From sequence record NC_023688.1: 64,000 bases of DNA. One strand, 5' to 3'. Made by a program: the position numbers and the translations under genes. Numbering within the stretch: the first letter of the stretch is position 1; each line of letters opens with the position of its first letter. The notes beneath the pieces are model-generated. The model had not been told where the DNA came from. It ran no database searches and saw nothing but the letters and a program-made list of their open reading frames with translations. Shown one piece after another: positions 10,366-18,738 of this stretch.

Positions 10366-11054
10366 TGGTGTCTCCGTTTGCTTTGATACTTCCAGCTTTT
10401 TTCAACAGATCGACCCGCATTATCCCACCATCGCTCTCGATGCATGAAAGCATCTACCAGACTGTTACGACGAATCTTTGGAACTGGGACATCGCACCAC
10501 ATTTCCAAACAGGCATCATAAACACCGTTGTCGTAATATTCAACGTCCAGCTCTCGCTCATAATCGCTATAGCTGATGTCTTGCTTACGCTTTGACTCGG
10601 TGTAAGCAAACATTTTGCCGAAGATGTTGCGGTTGCGACTACCGTATGCGTGTTTACGAGCGCCGCGATCATTCCATTGTCGAGTCTTCGGCTTAACTTG
10701 CTTATCATACTCACGCAAGATCAGAACAGGATCAATCACTTTGTCCATGTCACCGAGAATGATACCAGCGCAGGTACTAAACCCACGAAAGATATCAAAC
10801 CAGCTTTCGCGTCCAGCATAGTTAGCTTTAGCGTATACATGTCCTGTCAGACGATAACCGTTATGAATGTAAAATCCGTGTTTATCAATACCGTCGCGAA
10901 TTTCGTGATAGTGTTTAGAGTAAGTACCAACGTGCAAATACGTCCCGAATTTCCACAAGCGATTGGTAGACTTAATCAGATTGATAAGAGTATCATCGCG
11001 ACGTTCGCCATTAGCAAACACAGCGGTGTGAATTTTATGCAGATCGATTTTCAT
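10329..11054 (-). CDS. Hypothetical basic protein inserted between uvsX and 40
   Basis: 241-aa ORF with SD AAGGAG; C-terminal RSVEKSWKYQSKRRHQWK basic/Trp motif. Confidence 0.7.
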   Translation of the reverse strand: MKIDLHKIHTAVFANGERRDDTLINLIKSTNRLWKFGTYLHVGTYSKHYHEIRDGIDKHGFYIHNGYRLTGHVYAKANYAGRESWFDIFRGFSTCAGIILGDMDKVIDPVLILREYDKQVKPKTRQWNDRGARKHAYGSRNRNIFGKMFAYTESKRKQDISYSDYERELDVEYYDNGVYDACLEMWCDVPVPKIRRNSLVDAFMHRERWWDNAGRSVEKSWKYQSKRRHQWKPKKEIIETF

Positions 11055-11106
11055 AAATCTCTCCTTGATTAGACTACAAACAGATTATCATAGTCTCACA
11101 CAAAAG

Positions 11107-11131
11107 TAAAGGGGCTTTCGCCCCCTTTTTT
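11107..11131. terminator. Intrinsic terminator after uvsX (possibly bidirectional)
   Basis: aaaggggc-tttc-gcccccttttt stem-loop with A/T tracts on both sides. Confidence 0.7.
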
Positions 11132-12365
11132 AATCCAGATTCTCAAACAGTTCGTCGGCATCAGATCCTTCGATGTCGATTTCTGTCAGTTGATCGAGTT
11201 CATCTTCTGTTGCGGTGTCAAGCTTGCGACCAAGTTCAACTGGGATTTCACCAGTACCGGAGAACAGGTCATCAACTTCATCAAACACTTCGTCCTTAAC
11301 TGAAACGGATTTCAGCTTGAAAGCGTCGGAGCAAGCGTCTTTGAACGGCTGATGTGAGAACATCGGTTTCCAGAATTCAAGACAGTTGGTGTCAGCGCGA
11401 CGCCACTTACGATCTTCTTCGACCAGCTCGCCAGTTTCTTCGTCAAGGAATGCACGACTAAACCAACCATTTGACGGCTTAACAACGAAACCGATGTCAA
11501 GAGCGATGTCAAGCATACCGGAGTAAGTGTTGATACCACCTTGGAAAGTTACTTCTAGCGGCAGCTTAGATTGTTCTTTGACGAAACGGGATTTCTCCAT
11601 GTTCAGAACAAAGTTATAACCCAGCAACTCTTTACCGTCTTTCTCTTGTTGACGACCGATAATGATCACGGTGTCGGCAGAGTAAGTGATACCAGTACCA
11701 CCAGAAACGACTTTTTTGGAATAAAGTTCTTGTGTGTCGTAGACGTGAGCAATAGCAATAGCCGGTATATCATTCATTGTTAGATAAGGCGTCATAATTC
11801 GAGTCAAAGATTTTAGTTGCTTCGCTCTCGTCATATCACTAACGGATTTCTCGTCGATAGCGTCATCAACTTCTTTCTTAGATGCAGCGTTACCAATGGA
11901 ATCGATAAACACAATAACGCGATCACCGCGCTCAATTGCCTCAAGCTTTTTAACGATGTCGAATTTCAGTTCTTCAATGTTTTTGAACGGGCAGTGAATA
12001 ACACGACTAACATCAACACCTTGTGATTCGAAATAACCCGGAGTAGAGCCGAATTCGTTGTCAAAGAACAGACAAACGGCATCTGGATATTTGCGCATAT
12101 ACGCGGCAATAAACACCAGACCTAGATTTGATTTAAAGTGCTTAGACGGGCCAGCAAGTACAGTCAGACCGGGAGCAAGACCACCATCAAGTTCACCGCT
12201 CATTGCCAAGTTAAGCAACGGTACGCGAGTGCGAACACTGTCTTTATCGTTGAAGAATTTACTTTCGGATAGAACAGCACTCATTTTATTAGTTGATGTT
12301 CCCGCCAGCTTAGACATAAGAGTGCCTAAGTTACCAGCTCTTGCAGTTTTAATACCTTTAGCCAT
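11130..12365 (-). CDS. uvsX: UvsX RecA-like recombinase
   Basis: LAGPSKHFKS Walker A, FDNEFG, FIDSIGN, VVSGGTG; 411 aa. Confidence 0.97.
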   Translation of the reverse strand: MAKGIKTARAGNLGTLMSKLAGTSTNKMSAVLSESKFFNDKDSVRTRVPLLNLAMSGELDGGLAPGLTVLAGPSKHFKSNLGLVFIAAYMRKYPDAVCLFFDNEFGSTPGYFESQGVDVSRVIHCPFKNIEELKFDIVKKLEAIERGDRVIVFIDSIGNAASKKEVDDAIDEKSVSDMTRAKQLKSLTRIMTPYLTMNDIPAIAIAHVYDTQELYSKKVVSGGTGITYSADTVIIIGRQQEKDGKELLGYNFVLNMEKSRFVKEQSKLPLEVTFQGGINTYSGMLDIALDIGFVVKPSNGWFSRAFLDEETGELVEEDRKWRRADTNCLEFWKPMFSHQPFKDACSDAFKLKSVSVKDEVFDEVDDLFSGTGEIPVELGRKLDTATEDELDQLTEIDIEGSDADELFENLD

Positions 12366-12433
12366 TTTACAGTTTTGCCTCTATTATCAGTTTTAGTTTC
12401 TATTTCATAATCTCCATAAAGTAGTCATCAACA

Positions 12434-12469
12434 TAGGGCTATTATCTCATAGCCCTACATCATTATAAA
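12434..12469 (-). promoter_or_regulatory. uvsX promoter with 9-bp IR over -10
   Basis: TTTATA-17-GATAAT; IR tagggctat 12434-42 / atagcccta 12449-57. Confidence 0.65.
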
Positions 12470-12470
12470 C

Positions 12471-15233
12471 TTACCAATCGCCAAAAAGATCGGTAAGACT
12501 TGTTTTCTTCTCTGTATCCCAGCCAATAGCCTCGCAGATATTTTCCAGTGGTTTCAGAAAATGCTTTCCATACATCCCAGTATAGTCCAGATACTTGTTC
12601 AAATCGAGTTCGAATTCATCTGGGATCTTCTCACCACTCGGGAACGCCAAGACGGGAGAATGTAACTGGTTCGGTTCTTTCAGCATGATAATCTGAATCT
12701 TTTCACCACTTCGAATCATATCAACGCGCTTTTGTTCGGCAAACTTGTTATAAGCCAATGCGCCTTTGATGTGACCCGGACAACCTTTGACAGGAACCCA
12801 GTTGTTGTGGTTCTTATCAATATTGTTCGCGCTCGATACGGATGCAATCTCTCGATAATCTTTCGTAGGATACGCTGCCTTAACTTCTGCAACGTGCTCC
12901 TGTAGAGCAGCTTCACCCTTAGTCAGGATTAGCTTGATACTCTTCTCAAGCGATTTACCAGCGAATACCGGTGTGCTTGAACGTTGAGTTTCGATACCCA
13001 TGATCTTGAGCTTGGGAACAACTTTACCGTGTTCGTCTAGCTTGCGTTTACCTTCTGAGTCCCACACGTTAGCAGCATAACGCTTTTTACCTGTGATAAA
13101 GAAAGTATCAGCGATGATCTCTCGATCCATGAACAACTGGTGATCATATGCGTTGGTATATTCTGCCAACTCACGATAGCTTTGATCGATATACGGCTCG
13201 CATTTCTCTTTAGCGAATTTCGACAAGAAATCAACCCATCGAATTTTCTCGATGCTATCAACTTCAATACCTTTTCGAGCTGCCATTTGACTTACGAAAG
13301 TTTCGAACGTCATATAAATGGAGTCAGTATCGCCGTAAACAACATAATCAATCTGATTGGTATTACACACAGCATTCATATATTCGTTCATCTTACGCAT
13401 AATCCAACGAATAGCGAGTTGACCGGATACAGTGATTGCCTCAGCGTTTCTTGTGTCAAAGTAACGGAAATGCTGATTACCCAATGCGCCATAAAGTGAG
13501 TTGATCAATACCTTACGTGCTTGTTGGTTTACGTTTTCAAGCTTCTCCATAAAGCGACACCAAGCAACAACTTCGCTAAGTGTGGCACTCGGTAGAGAAT
13601 GCAGAACAGATTTAAAATCTTCAAACTCTTGACCTTTCATAGAAAGATTAATCGAATGAATATCAAATCGCTCGGTGCTGAAATTATTTTCGTCCAGCTT
13701 ACCGTCTTGACGACCGACAATAATATCGTATGCGATTGTTGCGATCTTATCCGCTGTGAATTCGGCATTCTTTGCTGCTTTACGCTGCAAGAACACTTTA
13801 TCGATCTCGGTCGGGATAATACCACGTTTAGCGCGAGTATAACGCATCCCATTTGCTGCAAAAGTCATATCGTCTTTCGGGATCTCATATGTCTTTGCAA
13901 TCATACCGGTGCCAAATACATCTGGTACCATGCGATCTTTCACGAAAGTTCGCGGAACATCAACCTGTCCCATAATCGTCTCTGGACTAATGTTCAGCCA
14001 TTTGATGATGTGTGGATACAGTGATGTCAAGTCGAAACTCATAATCCATTTATAGAAACCGGGGAACGGTTCTTTAACAAATGCACCAGCGAATTTCTCT
14101 TTGGTCGAACGCTTGTTTTCTGGAACAACGATGCCTTGTACGATCAGACTATTGTGAATAATCGCGTCCCAAGTTTTCAGTGGACTAAACACGTTTTGAT
14201 AGTTGACTTTTGCGTAATACGCTACACTGGTAATCAGTGCCATCAACGACAAACGAGCGTCTAGTTTAACCAACAAGTCAACGTCTCGAATCAAATAGTC
14301 AATATATCGCTGTGGATTTTTCTGACTAAATGCGAGGTATGTCTTCTCGGTCATTTCCAACTTTCTCATACCCAGTTCAACTTGACCGATGTAATCCAAA
14401 CGATATGTTGGACGAGTCTTGAAAGTGAACTTCTTATAAGCTGCCATGTAATCGATACAAGCAATGCCCATAAGTTCATAGGTGATGATTTCTTCGGCAT
14501 CTTCGTCATCGTCATTGTGAGCTATGCGCTCAACAATTTGCTCCCAAGGACTAAGCTTGTTTGCATAGACTTCACCGAGAACCTTGCGATATCGATTTAC
14601 AATATAGCGCAAGTCGAACATTTCGGAGTTCCACCCGGAGAATACATCTGGTGTATTATCGCGGAAGAATTTCAGATACTTGATTAAAAGCTCTCGCTCA
14701 GACGCACAGAACGTATATTCTACGTGTTCGAGTGTGTCAACGCTCTTACCACTATCGTCTTTATCGAGAATCGATTTGGCGATGTCCCACGGTCTTGTGG
14801 TGAACAAAAAGAATTTCTTGCGCTTGGTACTATAATGACAGATACCATCAATTTCCCAATCGCAAATATGAGGTTCTGGGAAAGGTCCATCAGTCGGGAC
14901 CTCAATATCGACAAACGCGATATCCAGTTGCTCATAGTTGAATGAAATCGGACCGCTATACGTGTGATACAGATATTGAAGAATAAAGTCATCCATACCA
15001 AGCGGTTCGCGATTGATATCGCGCATTTCTTTCATCCAACGTCTTGCATCGCCAATGCTATCATGTTGAACAGCAACAGCAGCACGACCATAGATATCTT
15101 TTAGATCTCCGTTTGCGGAGTGCTTATACATAATCGGTTTAAACGGGACTTTGCGAGTTCGAGAAAGTCCAGAGTCATCGATAAATCGTTCTAAAACCTG
15201 ATTGCCTTGAATACAAATATTCGTGTAAAACAT
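12471..15233 (-). CDS. 43: DNA polymerase gp43 (family B, unsplit)
   Basis: Exonuclease DIEV, GWNSEMFD; polymerase SFDLTSLYP, KVLINSLYGALG, YGDTDS, KKRYA; C-terminal clamp peptide SLTDLFGDW. Confidence 0.98.
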   Translation of the reverse strand: MFYTNICIQGNQVLERFIDDSGLSRTRKVPFKPIMYKHSANGDLKDIYGRAAVAVQHDSIGDARRWMKEMRDINREPLGMDDFILQYLYHTYSGPISFNYEQLDIAFVDIEVPTDGPFPEPHICDWEIDGICHYSTKRKKFFLFTTRPWDIAKSILDKDDSGKSVDTLEHVEYTFCASERELLIKYLKFFRDNTPDVFSGWNSEMFDLRYIVNRYRKVLGEVYANKLSPWEQIVERIAHNDDDEDAEEIITYELMGIACIDYMAAYKKFTFKTRPTYRLDYIGQVELGMRKLEMTEKTYLAFSQKNPQRYIDYLIRDVDLLVKLDARLSLMALITSVAYYAKVNYQNVFSPLKTWDAIIHNSLIVQGIVVPENKRSTKEKFAGAFVKEPFPGFYKWIMSFDLTSLYPHIIKWLNISPETIMGQVDVPRTFVKDRMVPDVFGTGMIAKTYEIPKDDMTFAANGMRYTRAKRGIIPTEIDKVFLQRKAAKNAEFTADKIATIAYDIIVGRQDGKLDENNFSTERFDIHSINLSMKGQEFEDFKSVLHSLPSATLSEVVAWCRFMEKLENVNQQARKVLINSLYGALGNQHFRYFDTRNAEAITVSGQLAIRWIMRKMNEYMNAVCNTNQIDYVVYGDTDSIYMTFETFVSQMAARKGIEVDSIEKIRWVDFLSKFAKEKCEPYIDQSYRELAEYTNAYDHQLFMDREIIADTFFITGKKRYAANVWDSEGKRKLDEHGKVVPKLKIMGIETQRSSTPVFAGKSLEKSIKLILTKGEAALQEHVAEVKAAYPTKDYREIASVSSANNIDKNHNNWVPVKGCPGHIKGALAYNKFAEQKRVDMIRSGEKIQIIMLKEPNQLHSPVLAFPSGEKIPDEFELDLNKYLDYTGMYGKHFLKPLENICEAIGWDTEKKTSLTDLFGDW

Positions 15234-15315
15234 TCATTACCTCTTTCAGTGCGCCTTTCGGGGGTCGCATCTTGGGTGAAACATCCATAATATACCTCTC
15301 ACAAGTTGAAAGTCT

Positions 15316-15351
15316 ATTATAGATGCGCTCTCGATGTTAGTCAAGAGCGCA
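15316..15351 (-). promoter_or_regulatory. Gene 43 promoter with 8-bp IR around -35
   Basis: TTGACT-17-TATAAT (15344-39, 15321-16); IR tgcgctct 15324-31 / agagcgca 15344-51. Confidence 0.8.
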
Positions 15352-15361
15352 GAACGTTTTA

Positions 15362-15730
15362 TTAAGAGCCGAACTTGTATTTGTGTACCAGAGTCCAGTT
15401 TGCTTTCTCTTTGTGAGAGATCACGCGGAAGAAGTTGTTGCCGGGTGCGGTATGTTCGCTGATGATTTCACACATACCCCATTCTTGCAGCAGTACAGCG
15501 ATATCAGAACGACGATCAATATCTTCTTGACTGATTTCTACCACACGACCATCGAGCTGGAGCAGTTCTTTAAAGTGAACGATGTAGTATTTGCCTTGCT
15601 TTTGCAGAATGTGGCAGCTTTGATACAGGCGCTTTTCTACGTTGTTCGCGATACCGATACGGGTCAGAGTCTCACGAATTTTCAGGAAGTCTTCATCAGT
15701 TTTCAATTGGATTTGCAGCATCATTTTCAT
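15362..15730 (-). CDS. regA: RegA translational repressor
   Basis: FLKIRETLTRIGIAN, LYQSCHILQKQGKYYIVHFKE, WTLVHKY. Confidence 0.97.
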   Translation of the reverse strand: MKMMLQIQLKTDEDFLKIRETLTRIGIANNVEKRLYQSCHILQKQGKYYIVHFKELLQLDGRVVEISQEDIDRRSDIAVLLQEWGMCEIISEHTAPGNNFFRVISHKEKANWTLVHKYKFGS

Positions 15731-15739
15731 TATTTCCTT

Positions 15740-16318
15740 TTACCAAGAACGGATAGCGCGTTGAATTTTATCACGTTCGGTTTTAGTTGGGATCATTGCC
15801 AAGCACGGTGCGTTGACATCATTTACCATCGGAGAAAACATTTTTCTCAGCTTGGCTTTTTGTTCATCAGAGAAGCGATTGATATATTCTCTGGCTCGTT
15901 GTGTCGAGACTTCGTAAAAGTCAGAAACTAGGTATTCGAACACTCGTTCTTCCCAGTCGTCAGTGAGTTTAGCAAACTTGACTTTAGGCAGACTACACTG
16001 ACGAATGGTAAAATACATGTAATCATAATGCATTTGATCAGAAATGTGACCTTCCATCGTGTTGAGTTCGAAAGCATAACCTCTCATTTCAACATGCTGG
16101 GACAAAGCATTATTCAACATATGTTGGTCATAATCGGCAAATCGCGCAACAGACCCATGACCTAGTTTCTTGGTAACGTTGTCCAGTACCACAAACAGAC
16201 TTTGTTCAGCTGGAACTTTGAACTGTTTAGCCAGTTCTTTTACAGCGTCCCAATCTCTGGAACGCCATGCAACTTCGTGCTCGTTTAAGCTTTCTTCACC
16301 AAGAAAATCTAGAGACAT
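15740..16318 (-). CDS. 62: Clamp loader small subunit gp62
   Basis: NALSQH, ISDQMHYDY, YEVS..RAREY; position between 44 and regA. Confidence 0.9.
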   Translation of the reverse strand: MSLDFLGEESLNEHEVAWRSRDWDAVKELAKQFKVPAEQSLFVVLDNVTKKLGHGSVARFADYDQHMLNNALSQHVEMRGYAFELNTMEGHISDQMHYDYMYFTIRQCSLPKVKFAKLTDDWEERVFEYLVSDFYEVSTQRAREYINRFSDEQKAKLRKMFSPMVNDVNAPCLAMIPTKTERDKIQRAIRSW

Positions 16319-16321
16319 AAT

Positions 16322-17293
16322 TTATTTCCATGTGGTTTCGAGTTCAAACGCGAGATCTGCCAGCAGATCAAACAGGTGAATCTCCATGTTCGGAATGTCG
16401 TTTGCGTACTTCTGGTTTTCCGCAATCAGCTTGATCATAACACGCAATCCAGCCGGTTTGATTTCAGTAAACAAACGCTCATAAAGCTTGGTAACGAAGT
16501 TATCATAATCGACAGTAAACTTCGGAATCATAGCACGAATCGCGCCGAGTTTCTTAGTTCGAAGCATTTCGATTACTTCGTTCATATCCTCAGTTGCCTG
16601 AGTCGCTTTGGTCAAAACACCTTCATCGATCTTGCCAGACTTGGCATAGCTATCGAGAGTTGTAATGGTACCGCGCAGATCTGGGAAATTCATCTTAACC
16701 AGTGCAGCGATAGCCTTACGAGATTCTACTACAACACCTTCGATTTCGCAAATCTTTTCGCACCGAAGAATCATTTCTTTCATCATTCGGATCTTGTCTG
16801 CATCAGTCGGATTACCAAATTCGATCTGACGGAAACGAGACTTGAGCGGCGCCGGGATTGCTTCGACATGATTACAAGTCATGATCACAGAACAGTTGAA
16901 ACTGTATGCTTCCATCCAAGAACGAAGTTCTTCGTGAACTGCTTTCATACCCTTGTTATCACCTTCATCGATGATGATAACTTTGCCACCGGGCTTTTGT
17001 GTAGTAGTACACGCAAATGCGGTCAAGCTATTACGCAAGTCATCGATACGCAGTTTACCACCAGAGATAAACATCACTTCGGCGTCAATCTCGTTACACA
17101 GAACGCGAGCCATTGTGGTCTTACCAGTGCCGGGGCTCTTAGAGTAAAGCAGAATGTGTGGAATTCGACCAGAAGCAACAATACCTTTAAAACGCTCGAT
17201 ATCAGATTCAGGAAGAACACACTCAGAAATCAGATTTGGTCGGAACTTTTGTTCCCACATAAACTCATTTGGATCAGTAACAGTCACAGTCAT
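16322..17293 (-). CDS. 44: Clamp loader large subunit gp44 (AAA+)
   Basis: WEQKFRP, SPGTGKTT, IIDE, LKSRF, FPDLR. Confidence 0.97.
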   Translation of the reverse strand: MTVTVTDPNEFMWEQKFRPNLISECVLPESDIERFKGIVASGRIPHILLYSKSPGTGKTTMARVLCNEIDAEVMFISGGKLRIDDLRNSLTAFACTTTQKPGGKVIIIDEGDNKGMKAVHEELRSWMEAYSFNCSVIMTCNHVEAIPAPLKSRFRQIEFGNPTDADKIRMMKEMILRCEKICEIEGVVVESRKAIAALVKMNFPDLRGTITTLDSYAKSGKIDEGVLTKATQATEDMNEVIEMLRTKKLGAIRAMIPKFTVDYDNFVTKLYERLFTEIKPAGLRVMIKLIAENQKYANDIPNMEIHLFDLLADLAFELETTWK

Positions 17294-17383
17294 TTATATT
17301 TCTCTCATTGCGGGGTAAAACAGTTTAGAATAACTAGCATTATAAACTATTTTAAGTGGGGAGGTCAACCCTCCCCGAACTCA

Positions 17384-18061
17384 TTAAGCGGTATATTTGG
17401 ACTTGGCATCCAGCGAGATAATGTAACTTGCGTTAGCACCTTCAAAGCAGATTGCACCTTCTTTAGCAATCATTACTTTGTATTTCGCATCGGTCATTTT
17501 CATGTTACCAAGTGCAACGATGAAATCAAAGTTAGCGTCGTTACCTTCGTAATCGTCAGCAACCGGAATTTCAAAGGTATTGCTGTTAGCGTCGCCGCCA
17601 GTCAGTCGAGCCAGAATCTTGCGACCATCATTTACAAAGTGCAGATCAACCAGTGACATGGTAGAAGCAGATTTCATGATCTGTTTCAGTTGTTCTTCGG
17701 TCAGCTCAAACACAACGGACGCGGTTGGGATGCTGATAGCTTTCTTCGGATGAATGATGGTACCAGCTTCTGCCATCTTGATCTTAGCCATAGACTTGCC
17801 ACCGGCTGCATTCTTGATAGTGATGTATTCACCATCCTCAGTCACTTGAGCAGGCAGACCAATCATGTTGGCTACACCAATCAATTCACCAAGACTGTAG
17901 ATTCGCAGTTCGCTATCAATTTGATCTTTGATAGTAGCGGATGCATACAGAACGTTGTTGACGCTCTTGGTGTTGATAAAAGTACCCGGTTTCAGCACCA
18001 CAGACGGATTGATTTTGGCGAAGTTAGACAGGATTTCTACAGTTTCTTTGCTCAGTTGCAT
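17384..18061 (-). CDS. 45: Sliding clamp gp45
   Basis: MQLSKETVEILSNFAKINPS N-terminus; 225 aa; position. Confidence 0.95.
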   Translation of the reverse strand: MQLSKETVEILSNFAKINPSVVLKPGTFINTKSVNNVLYASATIKDQIDSELRIYSLGELIGVANMIGLPAQVTEDGEYITIKNAAGGKSMAKIKMAEAGTIIHPKKAISIPTASVVFELTEEQLKQIMKSASTMSLVDLHFVNDGRKILARLTGGDANSNTFEIPVADDYEGNDANFDFIVALGNMKMTDAKYKVMIAKEGAICFEGANASYIISLDAKSKYTA

Positions 18062-18105
18062 TTCATTTCCTCAGTTTCAGTTCAATATTCGGTTAGGTGT
18101 TTAGT

Positions 18106-18402
18106 TTAAGCTGCTTTCCACTCAGAGTAAACAAGCAGAGCGGCTTCGGTAACAAATTCTTCCAGATCGCGTTTGCAGTTCAGATTTGCAGCGCGGAATT
18201 CTTTAGACAGACGAAGCGCGGTTTCCATTACGTCGTCGTCAAACTCTTTGTAGACGTCGAAACGAACATCACGTTCCAGACACTGCAAACGGTCGTAATC
18301 TTCTTGACTGACCAGACAAACCCAGTTTTTACGAGCAAGGTTCTGCCAGTAGAAAGCGGCGCTAGTAGTTTTCAGAGAATCACCAGGGATAAAATCAATC
18401 AT
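18106..18402 (-). CDS. rpbA: Probable RNA polymerase-binding protein RpbA
   Basis: QNLARKNWVCLVSQ resembles T4 RpbA QNKIRRAWVLSLS (recalled); position upstream of 45. Confidence 0.6.
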   Translation of the reverse strand: MIDFIPGDSLKTTSAAFYWQNLARKNWVCLVSQEDYDRLQCLERDVRFDVYKEFDDDVMETALRLSKEFRAANLNCKRDLEEFVTEAALLVYSEWKAA

Positions 18403-18562
18403 TTCGAACTCCAGTCAAGTAAGTAATATAACGTTTCAATGAGCGAGAAAGATGTTTTCGAACTTTCTCACTGTCGTCGTGCATTATACACGATTTAAGC
18501 CACAAGTAAAGCACTATCAGACAAATGATTGGAAACATCAATGTCAGAATTATACGGTTCAT
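18395..18562 (-). CDS. Small membrane protein
   Basis: MNRIILTLMFPIICLIVLYLWL hydrophobic helix; TAATG overlap with upstream gene. Confidence 0.55.
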   Translation of the reverse strand: MNRIILTLMFPIICLIVLYLWLKSCIMHDDSEKVRKHLSRSLKRYITYLTGVRND

Positions 18563-18738
18563 TATAGCTTCCATGCTATCCAATGCGGGTCAAAGTTGTT
18601 GATAACCCTTGCTAAATGCTCTTCGCCAAATCTAGCAAGTAACTGATTATAAGTCAACTTGATTTCTTGGTTAAATCTCTTGTTTGATAGTACCCAGAAT
18701 TCCACATCTGGGTACACTTCATCTATATTATCGAACAT
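18562..18738 (-). CDS. Small protein at the T4 45.2 position (58 aa, not in ORF track)
   Basis: Hand-translated MFDNIDEVYPDVEFWVLSNKRFNQEIKLTYNQLLARFGEEHLARVINNFDPHWIAWKL; overlaps the gp46 stop. Confidence 0.6.
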   Translation of the reverse strand: MFDNIDEVYPDVEFWVLSNKRFNQEIKLTYNQLLARFGEEHLARVINNFDPHWIAWKL

